Below are positions 39,214 to 52,416 of a stretch of DNA of 64,000 bases, in pieces; the first letter of the stretch is position 1, and each line of letters opens with the position of its first letter. Location of the stretch: positions 2,604,001-2,668,000 of the forward strand of contig CAJFCJ010000001.1 in assembly GCA_904063045.1 (NCBI GenBank). Reading direction: 5' to 3'. The position numbers and the translations under genes are program-made. Below the pieces are notes generated by a model, which saw only the letters and a list, made by a program, of their open reading frames with translations, ran no database searches and was not told the DNA's origin. Source of the DNA: Dimorphilus gyrociliatus (taxonomy: Eukaryota; Animalia; Annelida).

Positions 39214-40580
39214 CTAAAAACTTAACCAGTCATTCATGTATTGGCAATTTGACGGTGAGATATCCCAATCTTCGTAACAGTCGTTAAATACCTTTAAATA
39301 ATACGAAGATGTGATTAAACATATATTACATATATTATAAATAGCTATATGTATATCTTTTATCGTCTTATCTACTTACAGGACACACCCCACAAGGGGT
39401 TCTGACAAATCCAGATGTTGGAACAACGCTAACGACAGCCCTATATATTTTTAATTGGCTACCATCACCGTTTGGAACAACTGTAAATTCCACTTTACCA
39501 TCATAGATAAGCGTATTCATAATAGTTTCGATATCTTCAACTTCCAATTTAACTTTACTAATACCTAATTCACAAATAAATTTCCATATTTCTGTTGACG
39601 ATGCATAGGAAGCGTTACGTTTTGCTGTCGGTTCCAAATCTCCTTCTCTTGACTGCGCAAGCTAAAGAAGAATAAAAAATATATATTTTATTATTGATAA
39701 TTATTCATTGGTCTACTTTTTGAATATAGTGTACCTTTTGTTGAAGAAATTTAAAACATTGTTGATTAAGAATATCAACAAATTCTGATTCAAAATCTTG
39801 ATTACTATACCACGCTCCTCCTGTTAATGATCTATCAGGTTCAACATCGTACAACATGTAAACTTTTTTCTTCGCAGCCTATACAATTTAATACAGTTAT
39901 TAAAAAATGTCTTGTACGTAAATAACTTTCAACTTTTTATACGTACATTAACGCAATTAACAGCCTTAATTAATTTTTTACTCTCTAACACTTTAAGTGT
40001 CTTTTGTACTTGAGACATTGGTAAACCACTTTTAAGACGTATATCTCTCATCCATATACCCATATTTTTGGATTCATCAATTAATTGATAAATTTGTTTT
40101 TCTTGATGATCACTTCCTTTGAGTTGATTGCTTAAAGTGCAACATTTTTTTATAACTTCCAATATATCAAATGTTAATAATTTTTATTTAGGTTACCTTG
40201 CCGCATCGGCTGTTTTTAATTTATACAACAGTTTATTACCAATTTTAATCAAATCCAGTTTTCCCTAGTTGAGATGAAATGATTGTTTGAAATAAATTAC
40301 AATTTTATAAATTATACCATTGAAAGAAGTCGATTAACAGCCATAACTCTTTGAGTAGCATCGCATTGAGGCATTGTATTTTGAATAATTGCATCGTTAA
40401 TTCCGTCTGGTATAGATTCACATAATTGCAGGATTCTACAAGAAGTTTTTAAAACAAACTTTAAGCGCTTGTTCGAGCGATAATAAAATAGAGTAACCTT
40501 GCTTCTAAATCTACAGCACTTTCTGGTTCTGTTTTTATTTTTGTTACAACTTCAGAGTCTTCCTTTGACACTTCGGCCAT
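39214..40580 (-). CDS. POLR3F: RNA polymerase III subunit RPC6/RPC39
   Basis: IYQLIDESKNMGIWMRDIRLKSGLP...LKVLESKKLIKAV, LGISKVKLEVEDIETIMNTLIYDGKVE and Fe-S cluster motif PCGVCPVFNDC...ISPSNCQYMNDWL. Confidence 0.95.
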
Positions 40581-41310
40581 TCCGCAAATGTAAAATGTTA
40601 ATATCTCTTAGAAATAATGAGTTAAAGATTGCATAATTTTTCAGATATTACAGGACACTTCCAATTGGGAAGCTATTTCGTTTCGTCTACTATACGGAAA
40701 GTATTCCTATGGACTTCTTTCCCGCTTTATATTATAAAACTAAATTTCTATTTAATTTCAATAAAACGTTGTTTTAATACATCTATAGAGATATTATTAA
40801 TAATCTATATATTAGATATATATGCATATAAGTCTAGTTGATAGAAAATACAATTGTATAAATTTCATAACTGATTTATTAACAAATAACAATCAGGTAG
40901 ACAAAAGTTGCTTTTAAAAAAATGATATATCAATATATTTTCATTATATCGACACTTTGTCTGCAATACTGAGGTAATTTGGAATAATTACTAGCCCTTT
41001 AAACGAAAGCTAGCAATCATCATGTGCTAAATGCGTTTGTATTATTTTTTTTGTCCTATTATCAAAAATGTAAATAAAATGGAATCTTCGGATGATTTGT
41101 GTCATAAAAAGAAACACCAAGTTATTAGTGTAAATAGACAAAAAAATATATATACATACAATTGACTTAGATTGGAACATTACAAAAGTAAACACTACTA
41201 CGTTGTGTAGATTCATATAACTTTCTCTATATCTAATCAATAATAATAAAAAATACGTATATAAGAAAATATAGTTGACTACATTTCAGTTGAACGATTC
41301 TTTGTTTAAG

Positions 41311-42174
41311 TCATCCATCTAGTGGTGGTCCCAAATAAACCATAGATACTTCTGTATTTCCATAAACGGCAGATATTGCTGGAAAGAAACTAACACCTTC
41401 TGGTAGCCCTTTAAATGCAACTCCTAAGAATTCATAATTTTTTTCAAAATGAACAGTTCTCTTTTCACAGTCTACCATTAATCTTATCCTATCTCCAACT
41501 TGATATTTTGGAGCATTGTTTAAAGCTGGATAGTTACCCTGAATTATACCGTTGTGTAGAATATGATTGTCAACTATATTCCAACCCCAGCTATTATTAT
41601 CACTTCCTAAGAGAGGAATGTAGCCGTGGCATTGCATAACTGCTTGCTTTAAGGCTACTCCAACTACAGCAACTGTTCCTAAGGGTCCTGTAAAGTAGTT
41701 AAATACATCAAGATATTATCTTATATATTAATGTTAAATAAATATTAAATAAAGTATTGCATAATCTAAGAAGCTTCCCCCCTTACCTTCCCACCAAATT
41801 TCCCAGCAATGTCGACCATAGGTGGCTCCAAATTTACCCCTACACCCGTCTGTACTCTGAGCAACAGGATTTCTATGTATTGTAAAATTATTGGCTTTTA
41901 CATACATATTCCTAGAACAGTCTAATGGGTTCCAAGCGTAGTAGCAAGCTCTTAATTTTGATTTATAAGTTGGTAAATTCATACAAATGTCAGATTTCAT
42001 TATTTCCTCGTTCATTTTCTTGCTGCAGAGATAACGCCATACTTCGGAATTTTCATCCTCAAAAACGGAGAACCAACTTTTACATGTTAATGCGCCCTTT
42101 AAAAAGTCACTCAAACTTAAGTAAATCATTACATTTTCGAGAAAAAATACTGGTAAATGCTCCCAGCCGATCAT
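41311..42174 (-). CDS. FBXO45: F-box/SPRY protein (Fsn)
   Basis: F-box, then [68 protein letters not shown] and C-terminal [24 protein letters not shown]. Confidence 0.96.
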
Positions 42175-42730
42175 AGCGGCCTTGACAGTAATTAACGATG
42201 AATGAACACATCTGAATGTAAGTAAATAGCATCGAAAATCCTGCCTATAACATTAGCCAATGACTAAAAGCGTTCTATCTTAAGTTGTCCAATAATCGTC
42301 CGTTTTGTGAAAAAGTCAATGTAAGAGAGCGCACTCGAAATTCAGATAATGATCATAAAAACAAAATGGCGTAATATATTTTTTTCGCAATAAAATTTAT
42401 TATAAGTAAACTTTTTTAATAGCATTTTTTAATCTGCATTAAATATAGATAAGGCTTAGAAACATTATATATCTGAATAACTAATTCAATATTTTCAACA
42501 ATTATTTATATTAAAAGTTAATAACTTTTCTTAACACAAGTTGTTACGATAAAATAGAAGATATATTCTCTATAAATTTATACTGTATACATTTATATAT
42601 ATATTTCACATAAAAACTTCAAAAATAGATTTTGCTTAAAAAACAGCTGATGTTAGTTCAGGTATGGCTTAATTTTAGTTTCTGTTTTGAAAAGAAACGG
42701 AAATTTGGTAATAATTCATGCAGTGAAATT

Positions 42731-43809
42731 TCAAATTGCCTTGCTGATTGGAGTTTCAGAAACAATTTCTTTATCTGAAGTTGCAAAATCATCCTGAATA
42801 CTCTTAATTCTCGATGTCATATCTTCTAGTAGATCCTGTGGAAAATTTCACATCAGTTGACCTTATGAAAGATAACGCGAATGTTTTTACCTCAAATATT
42901 TTCTTTGTTTTCGTTGTACTATCCAATAATCCTGTGCTATTTACGTCTTGGTCTAATAGAAACTCTATCTCTTTCAAGTATCTTCCAAACTCCTGGTAAA
43001 GATAGCACGGTCTTTCTACGTAAATGAAGATAAATATTGTACTTACTATTATCTTACATCTTAAGTTGATTTCATCTTGAAAAATTTCTTTATTTTCTAT
43101 TTTCTTTTCTTCCCCTTCCGAAATTTCACCTTTTAGTTCATCCTCCTCCATTCCTTCAATGCTATCAACAATGTTTTTATTCGTCTCAACTTCCATAATA
43201 ACTTGGAAATCGCCATTGTCTTTTGATTTCATTTTACCTGCTTTGATAAAGGGCAAGAATTAAAAACTATGGAACTGAAAATATAAACTACATACCTTTT
43301 TCAACAATGAATATTTTATCAGATAAAGCCTCATGATATTTGACCATGTGTCTGTGTAGTTGTGAATATCTGGGAGTAAAAAATTTCTCGGTACAAAAAT
43401 TACAAGTTTTGATTCTTTTCACAAGTTCACCAGAAAAGCAATTAAGGTAAAATCTTTTTAGAATTCTTCCCTTTTGAGTTTTCTCTTCGTATTTCTGTTC
43501 CAAATCTCCCTTTCTGTCACTATCAACAATCTCTTCCTCCTTTACAGATTTTTTGAAAGTATTTTCCCGACTGCTTTTTTCTCTTTCGTCATCTAATATT
43601 TAATGTAAATAATTTTCGAAACAAATTTCATATAACATACCATTAGCAATTTTGAAGAAAATATTATGAGAAATTAAATGAGCTTTAAGTCTTTTATATC
43701 TGTTTACTTTACATTCAATCAGTTGTCCGCATATTTTACAAGTAGAAAGGTATTTGTTGCCATCACAACTAAAATAACCTACTAGGCACTGTAATTTACT
43801 GATTATCAT
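42731..43809 (-). CDS. Lineage-specific protein with two BED/C2H2-like zinc fingers and an acidic region
   Basis: Spliceable into about five exons with GT-AG sites. Fingers are YF...STCKICGQLIECKVNRYKRLKAHLISH and TCNFCTEKFFTPRYSQLHRHMVKYH. The 3' end is uncertain (42804 or 42731). Confidence 0.6.
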
Positions 43810-44117
43810 ATTTTTGCTGTGCTATAAACAATTAAAACTACCACTACGGGTCTATTACACCATGTTGGAAGTTAACGAAAATGGCGGCATCAAATGTTCC
43901 ACTAAAACGCTCTGAAATTTGTAAATTTAAACCAATCATCTCCTTTTGAATTATCAGCGTCTGCGCGTAACGAACATTTGTAATAAATCAAGTAGCTAAT
44001 TATTAAAGAGTAGGTTTACTTATTATTCTATTTTTTTTTTAAATAAATTTTTAATTGATTTTTTTACACAATAAACATACAAGAGGAAAAGTTTCGAAAA
44101 ACATAGTAAACGAATGA

Positions 44118-46058
44118 TTATTTCTTGGTCTTTTTCTTCAGTCTCTTCCTAACACCTAGTGATTCTTCAGTATCATCTGCGTCTTCCTTCTTCCTCTTTT
44201 TCTTTCCATCCTTTTCATTCATTTCCTATTTAGATAAAGAAAAAAAATTAATTAAATATAACTTTTCCTGTACAAATGTTAAATTAATAAACTGAATACT
44301 AACTAATTTGGCGTATCTTTGAGCTTCAGCAACTCTTTCAGATAGCAGCATTACTTCTTCCTCAACAGTCTCATATAGTGGTAGTTTTTTATCCAGGAGA
44401 TGTTCAATTCTTTGAAACAGTTCAACATCATACCTAAGGGATAAAATTATTAATAGAATATTTGCTTAAATAGTTAATTTGATGATATTATTTAAAGAAA
44501 GCTATCTACATTGTTTTAAGTTTAAGGTAAATGTAACTAAACGGAAAGATTGAGCTATTTAAAAATATTAAATGAGAACTTATCAAAAACATCAGTATTA
44601 ATCAGCGTATTGCAACAGTAAACTTTGATAGGCTTGATTTAATTTATAATATTTATATATTGACCAAGAGCGTAAATACTTACTGGCTTACGAATGTTAT
44701 TGCTCTTCCTGCTCTTCCAGCTCGAGCCGTTCTACCCACTCTATGAATATAATCTTTTGAATGTGTTGGAATATCAAAGTTAATGACACAATCAACGTGA
44801 GGAATATCCAATCCTCGGCTAGCAACATCTGTAGCCAAGAGGATAGATCTATCCTTGGCTTTGAATTTGTTCAAAGCTGAAAGTCTTTTATTTTGAGTAA
44901 GTTGTCCGTGGAGTGGTATAGCGTTCATTCCTAAATTTCTTAATAACAAAGCTGTTCTCTGCGTATTTGCGCAAGTTGAACAGAAAACCATAAATGAGTT
45001 CCCAGCTAAATCATTTAAAATCGAAACTAAATAAACGTCTTTATGTTTAGATGGTATAAATATATAAGATTGTTGTAATTTTTCTACAGTTTGATATTTG
45101 GAGCTAACTTCAACCTTTACAGGATCTTTGAGAGAAGCTCTTTGCAATTTTTGAACTTTTTTAGTCATTGTTGCAGAATACAGATAGGTTTTTCTTTCAC
45201 GTGGAATAACTTTCAATATTTTATCAACTTCCTGTTCAAAATCCATATTCAAGATTCGATCAGCTTCGTCCATTACAAGAAATTTTAATGCTTTTAAATT
45301 AAATCCTTTTGTATTTTCAAGATGATCAACCAACCGACCAGGAGTAGCTATTTATAACATTATACGTAAGTGAAACTTGTATAAATAAATATTTTACTGC
45401 TTACCGATGATAATATGTGGCTTCTTAGCTAACATTAGTGATTGGCCCATCATGTCTATTCCTCCCACAATAACAACTATCAAAAGAAATTTCCTATAAA
45501 GAGTCGATCTATAAGGTCTTTTACTTTATCTTACCGCATTTTACACCAATAGCCGATCCAAGAGCTTCGAATTGTTCTGATATTTGAAATGCTAATTCTC
45601 TGGTAGGTGTTAATACTAGCGCTGCTAATCTTTGTGGTTTATCTAGTAAGAATTGTAGGATGGGTATTGCAAATGCACCAGTTTTACCAGAACCCGTTTC
45701 GGCCAAACCAATTACATCTCTTCCTGTAGCAAGTTACTTTTAGTAAGACTTTGTTTCTTACAACAATTTATCAAAAAAATTTACTAAAATAGTTTCCTAC
45801 CTGTCAATGCGACGGGTAAAGATTCTCTCTGAATTTTACTAGGTGATTTCCATTTCAGATTTTCACAAGCTTCGCACAGTACATCACAAACTCCCTAGAA
45901 AGAAAGTAAAACTGATGTTATCGCTCTCGTATCAACACGTGCCTTTGGATATCATCAGAATTCTTTGAAAAACTAATTATATTTACCAGAGATTTAAAGG
46001 AAACTTCTTCCTCTTGTGGTGTAGATTCATCGGATGATTGTTCTCTCTCTTCAGTCAT
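44118..46058 (-). CDS. DDX47: DEAD-box RNA helicase DDX47 (Rrp3)
   Basis: Q motif, [51 protein letters not shown] and a lysine-rich C-terminus. Confidence 0.95.
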
Positions 46059-46334
46059 TGCTATTAGTTAATTTTAATGATCGTAGCACGATTTTTGTAA
46101 GTACTACAGCGTGATCGTGGACACTCTAAGAGTAAGACACCTTTTCGTACAATAGTAGGTATTTAAAAAATCGAAATTTCCTATGATGAAGTTTGATTGA
46201 ACTAAAATCCAGTAATTTACTTATCTTTTTTATGAACACGTATGTTTAAAATTTTCAAACGTATTCAAAGAAGACAAATATTAAAATATTTATCTCTTAA
46301 TAATAAAAATAGCGGAATAACTAATCAATACAGA

Positions 46335-47633
46335 ATGAAAATTACAATTAATAAACGAAGTAAGACAAACGTTACCGACAACAAAGGTCAGTTTATAAAA
46401 TGTTGCTACTCGAAGGAGTTATAAATTTGTCAATTCTTTTATAATTTAAACTAGATAATGCAAAACTTATAAACTTGAAAAGTCATTTACAAGTGAAAGA
46501 AACAACTAGAAAAAGTTGTGAAGAAGTAGATGATAAAGTTAATTTTTTTATTACTGAGGGAGCTAAAAATGTTGTTAAATTAATGGTTCCAACGACTATT
46601 TGTATGGTAATAGTTGTAATAATTGTTTCCATTGTTCCTTTCTTCCTACAAGAGTCGAATCAACGTCTTATTTATACTCCTTTTAAAGAAAGGGATTATA
46701 ATTCTCCAATTCAACAATTTGGTATTGGTATTGTAAATATGCTAATTTTCATTTCTATGGTCATTATAATGACATGTATTCTTGTTTGTCTATTCTATTA
46801 TGAATACTATAAGTAAGCCAATATTATAATAGTTTTAGAACAAGATTTGATCGACATTTTTTTACAATGGCAGCTGTTTAATGACTTTTTTGGGGTTTGG
46901 TTTAACTCTAATGTTTGGTTTCTTATCAAATGCTATGCTGTTTGCCATCTTTGAACAGTATAATATCCCTTGTGATATGGTAACATCAACGATAGTATCG
47001 TATAATTTAACCGTTGTTGCTATAGTATCAATTCATTGGAAGAGTCCTAAAATCCTGCAACAATCTGTCCTTATATTATTAACTGCTCAAGCAGCACTTT
47101 TGTTCGTCAAATTTATGCCTTTTTACACTGCATGGATAGTTCTTGTTGGTCTAATAGTTTGGGATCTTATAGCTGTTCTATGTCCAAAGGGTCCTCTCAA
47201 TCTTTTGGTGAAAATGGCAACAGAAAGAGAGAAACCATTAGCAAGTGCCCTAATTTATTCAACTTCTATATTTATGGCTGAAAGGATTGAACGCCCAATC
47301 GCAACTACAAGTAGAGTTGCAGATGAATATCGTTCTTCCGGATCTGTCGATCCAAAAGAACCAAAAGGACCAAAATTAGGGTTAGGAGATTTTGTATTCT
47401 ATTCCGTTCTTGTAGGTATTGCCATGAAATGTAAAAGTATATTCGTTTTGTATGCCTGTTTTATTAGCATTCAAATAGGTCTAATGACAACCTTATTCTT
47501 TTTGAATGTTTTTAAAAGAGCTCTGCCAGCTCTGCCAATCTCTCTTGCATTTGGGATAACAATGTTTGTACTAACTTGTAATATTGTTGAAGACCTAGGA
47601 GAGAGTTTATCAATTAATCAAATATTCATTTAA
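46335..47633 (+). CDS. PSEN: Presenilin (divergent, short loop)
   Basis: GAKNVVKLMVP, RLIYTPF, TM6 WDLIAVLCPKGPL, TM7 KLGLGDFVFYSVLVG, PALPISL and terminal QIFI. Three exons. An in-frame upstream ATG at 46242 is possible. Confidence 0.92.
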
Positions 47634-47730
47634 GAGTATATAGATGACTGTAACTCATTAAAGTAGTTTACGTATGTTATATGAAAAATTGATTTCTTAT
47701 TTATTGAAAGAGATATTTTCCTATAAATTC

Positions 47731-49308
47731 TTAATCATAACTTTTAAATATTTTTTTACAATGATCGTCTTCTCCGCCAAAAAGATTTTCCGGTTTGAAA
47801 ACAGTTAAATGAATGTCCTTGTATTTTCTCTTTTTCTCACTATCAAATACCGATTCGCTATCTATGTCTAACGAAGGTAGAAAGTCGGGCTCCAATGAAG
47901 GTAAAGGTTTTCTTGCTTGAAGGGCTATTTGAGCTACTTTTGGATTCCAATGACATTCTAGAGTTCGCAATTCCCATAGAGAACTATTCAAGGCTCCACA
48001 ATTTAGTAAGTCCTTCTCATCATCCTTAAACGGATCAGTTTCAAATGATTTGGCATCCTCGTTATGCAATAAACATTTACAAGAAACATGTCTAATTAAT
48101 AATACATAAATTAAATTCAACAATAGTTGTCCATCACAACAATCTGCTCTTAGGGCTAGTCTAGCCAATTTTTTTATAAAGGCTGCTACAACATAGGCCG
48201 GCAAGTGTCTGAAATAAAACATGAAAACCTTTAATATACATTTATCAATCAGTCATGAAAATATTACTTACGTTGAACTGAGAAAAAGGTTGAGTAGGAA
48301 AAAGAATCTTGATTTATATTTAACATTTAAAATTTCTATCCTAATCAATTCGTAGACCTTTTCAAAGAATGATGGATAATTTAAATTGTGTTTATGTATC
48401 AGCATAAATAAACCATGAAGTGCAAGAAGAGAAATAACACCTCCAACGTTAAAACTATTGGTAAGAAAATCAGCAAGGCCTAAGGGCTCTGGTAATTTTG
48501 GTATAATTTTATCAGGAATATCAACTAAAACCTGTTTATAAATTGCATTAGGTAATTTAAACTTTAATAGCTGTAGCCAAGTTTTAGATAATAATGAAGA
48601 ATGCTTTCCAAGTTGGAGATAATTTATATTCCCTTTCGTATTAGCCGACAAATTAAACTTTAAACTACTTTCAATATCTTCCTTATTTTGCGAATGTTCA
48701 GCTGTTATTAAATTCAGTAATGTATAGCAATTTGTTAGAAATGTAACACCCTCTGAGTCAAGACTTTTAATTGTTGCTGCTACTTCCTCCATTAATTCAA
48801 ACAAATATTTTAGACATTGGAAACGAATATCGGCATATTTTAAATATTCTTGTAAAGTTTGCAAACCAGTATCCATTGGTATATCAACAGCTAACAAACT
48901 CAAAATAATTTCTTTAAGAAAAGAATTTGTAAAATATCCTTGAGTTGTATAAAGGGGTTTATTTTCTTCTAGGACCATTAAGAGTAGCAGTCTCTTAAAT
49001 AGACGTTCATGTAAATTGGGGAACTTAACATACTTTAGTATTATTGATCGCCAATTTGTTAAACTTTCTACCATCCAATCTTTATAAATTTTAGCTTTTT
49101 CTCCTGTTAATTTTGAATTTGAGCTCAGTTGTTCACTCTTCAAAATTGAGGAATACACTCTGTAAAATGCTTTTAAACAAGTAAATGCTTTTTTAGCGTC
49201 ATTCAATGATTTTTCGCTCAAATCAATCAAGTCCCGTATTTTATTTGCTTTTTTCGGGCTAGATAGAACTTCCTTTGTTAGGGATTGAATTTTTTCCTCT
49301 AGTTTCAT
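47731..49308 (-). CDS. NOC4L: Nucleolar complex protein 4 homolog
   Basis: CBF/Mak21 domain: LADFLTNSFNVGGVISLLALHGLF...NLNYPSFFEKVY...KYKSRFFFLLNLFLSSTHLPAYVVAAFIKKLARLAL...SSLWEL. Two exons. Confidence 0.93.
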
Positions 49309-49402
49309 TTTCTTGTGTTTCTATTCTTGAAATGTTTTAACTAGATGATCTTAGAAGAAGCACATGTGCAAAGTTTCCGGCGAAATACGGCAAGTTACTA
49401 TA

Positions 49403-49414
49403 TGCGCATGCGCA
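49403..49414. promoter_or_regulatory. Perfect NRF1-type palindrome TGCGCATGCGCA in the NOC4L/GON7-like divergent promoter
   Basis: Exact 12-bp consensus between head-to-head ATGs at 49308 and 49552. Confidence 0.6.
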
Positions 49415-49551
49415 TTAAATGGATATCGCAGTTATACAGAACGTATTTGCGTTCTTTTCGTTTAGATTTAGAGTTTCAGTTTTTTACGTTCGGTGAAACG
49501 TTATAATTGAATTTATTTCATTATATCTAGGTTTATCTCTTATCTATAAAG

Positions 49552-49894
49552 ATGGATATATCTGTTACAGTCTCCGATGACAATGGCCCTCCTTGTACTT
49601 TCAAACATACCATGACCGCTCTTTCCAAGCCATGTGATGTGTTAGAACTTAAACAAGAAGTACAAAATATACAAAAAAAATGCAACGAATACTTAACAAC
49701 AATCGTAGAAAAGGAAAAAATTGAACAAAATGAAACAGATATGGTAACTTCAACGACAAATATTGAGAATGGTAAGAATACAAATTATATAGAAGAACAT
49801 ATAATTTTTCAATTACATTTTATTAGATGATGAATCGGATAGTGAAGATGTAGAAGAAGAAAATGAGCCTGAACCTAAAAAGTCTAAGAAATAA
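49552..49894 (+). CDS. Small acidic protein (about 95 aa), candidate KEOPS subunit GON7/C14orf142
   Basis: Two exons (49552-49771, 49828-49894). Reads MDISVTVSDDNGPPCTFKHTM...ELKQEVQNIQKKCNEYLTTIVEKE, then an acidic tail ending EPKKSKK. Layout resembles recalled human GON7. Confidence 0.5.
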
Positions 49895-49996
49895 TTGAAA
49901 CTAAAAATATTGTACAACTTGTATAAATTGTTGGCTTTTTGTATATGCTGATCACAAATAGATTGTTATTCTTTTTGTTGATATATTATATTTTAT

Positions 49997-52416
49997 TCAA
50001 TACTTTAGTTTTGAAACAGCAGTTTGTTTGTCCATTTCGGACATGACTTGATAGTCATGCATATGCATTGTAAAACTAGTAGTCCCGGATGTCATTGTTC
50101 GAATTGCTGTAGAATAACCTAAAAGTTCTGAAAGTGGGGTAATAGCTCTTATCATTCTTAAATCGTCCCTAGCGTCAACATTTAATATTTGAGAACGTCT
50201 CTGGCCAAGGTCACTAAGAACTCGATCGGAATACGTAGAATTAGAATTAATCTGTTAAAAGATATTTCAAATATTACTTATATATTACCTTAAGAAAATT
50301 TTCTTACGTCTAACAACATTGTTGGTTCCAATAAGATACTTTCCCCCTTTCTTAAAGCTCTTTCGACGCACATTGCAGTAACGGTTGTCAACATTGGAAG
50401 GCTTGTTGAATAGCTTTTTGACACATTATGCAAATGTACCTCTACATCGATTACGGGAAAACCAAGAATGGTTCCTTTTGATAAAGCCGACCTTATTCCG
50501 TTATTGATAGCATTTATTTCTGGTCGTTTGAGTTTATATAGTTCCGCTTCCTTCGTTGGTTTTGGTATAAAACCTTTAAATTTCATACCGCTTGTATTAT
50601 GACCATCCAACAGAGAATGAATTGATAAGTGAATTGTTGCTTGATGTTTTTTATTACCAATTGTTTGATCAAGTATAAATTCTTCTTCAATACTTTGTTT
50701 AATGCTTTCCCTATAGGAAACTTGTAAGTCGCCTAGGTCAGCATCAACTCCATATTCTTTTAATATTCTATCTTTAATTATCTCCAAATGTAATTCTCCC
50801 ATACCGGAGAGAATAGTTTGTCCCGTTTCGTTGTCTGTGGTCACTCTTAATGAAGGATCTTCTTTAGTTAAGCAAGCTAAAGCGTAATCCAACTGCTTCA
50901 TATAGGCTTGAGAGGGAGGCTCTATGGAACAGAAGAAAACCGGCTCTGGAACATTCATTGATGCTAGTATTTCATCAACAGTCTCCTCATCCTTGTCAAG
51001 TGATTTCTTCGCTCTTGTTACAGTTGTTAAATTTTTTACTAAAGTATCACCAGTTATCGTCTAAGTAAAATGGTATAAATTTTAAGATTGTTTCATTTAT
51101 TTATCTATTACTTACTTCTTTAAGTCCGGAAATAGCAACAATATGACCGCTAGATGCATGAGACAAATCAGTAACAGAATCTGCCGATATTTGAAGTAGT
51201 TTGGTAACTTTCTCACTGCATTCCTTATTAATGTTAAATACAGATTGACCATTTTCAATTTTTCCGCTAAAAATTCTCACAAATGTTAAAGGTCCTCTTT
51301 GCTTATCATTAATTATCTTAAAAGCTAATCCACACAATGAATTCTGATAAAACTTAGTGAAAGGATGATCTATTTGAGAAGGGTTTGGAAGATAATGAAC
51401 AACACTATCTAAAAGAGGCTGAACACCTTTATTTTTGAATGAACTTCCACAGAGAATTGGTACTGCTTTAGAATTTATTGTTACTTTCCTAATGGCTTTA
51501 GTCAAATCGTTTGCCGATATATCTTCATATTTCGTATCCATTAGGATCAAATTTGCAATATGATCATCCAAATCAGCTAATTGTTCAATCAGAAAATTTC
51601 TCATCGTTAAACTCTCCGTATACAAATCATCAGTCGGTTGTAGATTATCAATTTTGTAAGTTTTACCATCAACAGAATTGGACCATAATAATTTTTTCAT
51701 ATTTAATAAATCAACAACTCCCCTAAAGCTTCTACCGTTACCAATAGGATTTTGTAGAATTAATGGTAGAACTGATAATTTACTTTTGATGGATTCTATT
51801 GAAAGATTAAAATCTGCTTGAGTCTTATCCATTTTATTTATGTATATTATCCTAGGAATCTTATAACGATCCGCTTGATGCCATACAGTAACTGTTTGAG
51901 CTTCAACACCTATAATATGAATAATGAAACATATTATAACAATATATAAACTGTTCCTTAATGTAGCTTACCAGCAGAACCATCAATTACTGCAATGGCT
52001 CCGTCCAGAATCCTTAGGCAGCGTTCTACTTCAAGTGTAAAATCAACGTGACCAGGTGTGTCAATTAAATTTACATGATAGCCTTTCCAGGGAAAAGTAA
52101 CAGCAGCTGATGTAATTGTTATTCCTCTTTCTCTCTCCTGTTCCATGTAGTCTGTTATTGTATCACCATCATCAACGTCTCCAAGATGATTTGTAAATCC
52201 TGAATAATAAAGCATTCGTTCAGTAGTTGTTGTTTTTCCAGCATCTATATGTGCCATTATGCCGATATTGCGAATTTTATTCTCTGGAACATCTAAACCG
52301 ACAAGTCTCCTTGCCTTTGAATGATTAGCAGACGACATTTTTATAAAATGACTTATATTCGGAGATGTACGACCAAACAAAAGCCGGAAATATCTATATC
52401 TCGTAAACGATAACAT
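49997..52416 (-). CDS. GFM2: Mitochondrial ribosome-releasing factor 2 (EF-G2mt)
   Basis: [74 protein letters not shown] and [14 protein letters not shown]. Confidence 0.94.

Noticed and set aside
44434-44683. Possible intronic snoRNA in the unusually long DDX47 intron
   Set aside because: Some hairpin potential, but no properly placed H (ANANNA) and ACA boxes or C/D boxes could be found.
47633-47731. Sense-antisense overlap of presenilin and NOC4L 3' UTRs
   Set aside because: Opposing poly(A) signals (ATTAAA near 47657 on plus, AATAAA near 47700 on minus) predict abutting ends with little overlap.
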